Shown in pieces: positions 62,365 through 64,000 of a stretch of 64,000 nt of DNA. Made by a program: the position numbers and the translations under genes. Source of the DNA: Pristiophorus japonicus. Taxonomy: Eukaryota. The first letter of the stretch is position 1. The number at the start of each line of letters is the position of its first letter. The DNA is taken from positions 12,524,001 to 12,588,000 of the forward strand of contig NC_091977.1 in the NCBI RefSeq assembly GCF_044704955.1. Reading direction: 5' to 3'. The notes under the pieces were generated by a model. It was not told where the DNA came from. It did not search any database and saw only the letters and a program-made list of their open reading frames with translations.

Positions 62365-63246
62365 TCCACCAGAGGGCTTAACCCCTGGAGTCCCAAGGGA
62401 TCCCACAATCCCCTGGGAGCACCTGTATATAAGGAGGCCTCACAGGCTGGAAAGGCACTCTGAGATCTGCAATAAAGAACTACGGTCACATCTTACTTTC
62501 AGCTTGCAGTATCTAGACTGACTCTTTATTCAAGACATAACAACTGGCGACAAGATACAAATGATGAACGCCAGTGCAACAATGCAGAAAACCGTGGGCA
62601 TCCTGGAGAAATTTTCAGAGGGAGATGATTGGGAAACCTTCGTGGAGCGACTCGACCAATACTTCGTGGCCAACGAGCTGGAAGGAGAAGCGAACGCTGC
62701 CAAATGAAGTGCGATCCTTCTCACCGTTTATGGGGCACCAACATATGGCCTCATGAAAAATCTGCTCGCTGCAGCGAAACCCAGAGACAAGTCATACGAT
62801 GAGTTGTGCACACCGGTCCGGGAGCATCTAAACCTGAAGGAAAGCGTTCTGATGGCGACGTATCGGTTCTACACGTACAAGAGGTCTGAAGGCCAGGAAG
62901 TGTCGAGTTATGTCACCAAGCTAAGGCGCCTTGCAGGACATTGCGAATTTGAAGGACACTTGGAACACATGCTCAGGGACTTCTTTGTACTTGGCATTGG
63001 CCATGAAGTAATGCTTTGCATACTTTTGACTGTAGAGACCTCAACCGTGAGTAAAGCCATAGCGATAGCCCAGGCGTTTATCTCCACCAGTGACAATGCC
63101 AAACAAATTTCTCAGCACACAAGTACTGCTGCAAGTACTGTGAACAAAGTAACGTTGTTTTCGAATCGAAATGTACAGGGCAGGACTTACACACCTGTAG
63201 CTGCACGTCCGCTGATTACTCAGAGTCCATCATCAAGGGTGGTGAA
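62365..63246 (+). mobile_element. Gypsy fragment (partial LTR to 62542, PBS, gag)
   Basis: Same LTR family as 49570; PBS TGGCGACAAG at 62545; gag ORF 62753 onward. Confidence 0.9.
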
Positions 63247-64000
63247 TCCTTGTAACGTTTCCTTTGCCCACCTTTGGCTCGTTTGCCATGAGGAGGTTCC
63301 GAGTAGAGTGCTTGCTTTGGGAGTCTTGTATCTGGCATGCAAACAATATGGCCTGCCCAGCGGACCCGATCAAATGTGATCAGTGCTTCAATGCTGGATA
63401 TGTTGGCCTGGTCGAGGGTTAATGTTGGTGCGTTGTGTCCTCCCAGGGAATTTGTAGGATCTTGCGGAGACATCGTTGGCGGTATTTCTCCAGCGACTTG
63501 AGGTGTCTACTGTACATGGTCCATGTCTCTGAGCCATACAGGAGGGCGGGTATTACTAGAGCCCTGTAGACCATGAGTTTGGTGGCAGATTTGAGGGCCT
63601 GGTCTTCAAACATACTTTTCCTCAGGTGGCCGAAGGCTGCACTGGTACACTGGGGGCGGTGTTGAATCTTGTCGTCAATGTCTGCTCTTGTTTATAAGAG
63701 GCTCCTGAGGTATAGGAAATGGTCCATGTTGTCCAGGGCCATGGCTTGGCTCTTGATGACTGGGGCAGTGCTGTGTGGCGGGAACATGTTGGTGGAGGAC
63801 CTTTGTCTTACGGATGTTTAGTGTAAGGCCCATGCTTTTGTACACCTCAGTAAGTACGTTGACTATGACTTGGAGTTCGGCCTCTGTGTGTGCGCAGACG
63901 CAGGCGTCGTCCGCGTACTGTAGCTCGACGATGGAGGTTGGGGTGGTCTTGGACCTGGCCTGGAGACGACGAAGGTTGAACAGGTTCCCACTGGTTCTGT
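63247..64000 (-). mobile_element. RTE LINE (upstream part of the copy whose 3' end is at 58986)
   Basis: ELQYADDAC-coding DNA at about 63900; KLMVYRALVIPALLYGSETW. Confidence 0.92.

Overview
This is repeat-dense vertebrate DNA, most likely from a shark or ray (inferred from its CR1, RTE and Deu-SINE types). Most of the window is decayed or nested retroelements: Gypsy/Mag-like LTR elements with 5-bp TSDs, CR1 and RTE LINEs, SINEs, two large solo-LTR-like elements, a 33/35-bp minisatellite with a 171-bp higher-order period, and a full-length CR1 with about 17 x 72-bp 5' monomers. Hidden between the repeats, and mostly missed by the ORF track, is a Siglec-15-like immune receptor locus. On the + strand are a transmembrane exon with an intramembrane Lys and a 5-codon terminal exon, an activating DAP12-type architecture (6085-6580). 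On the - strand is a convergent gene with a PU.1/E-box promoter, a signal-peptide exon (58226-58175) and a Siglec-15-like V-set exon (47343-46958). That V exon keeps the sialic-acid-binding Arg but has a 1-nt frameshift. A candidate short terminal exon (45657-45559) would make it a single-domain secreted protein. No C2-set exon was found in the window. All calls were made by eye; no searches were run.
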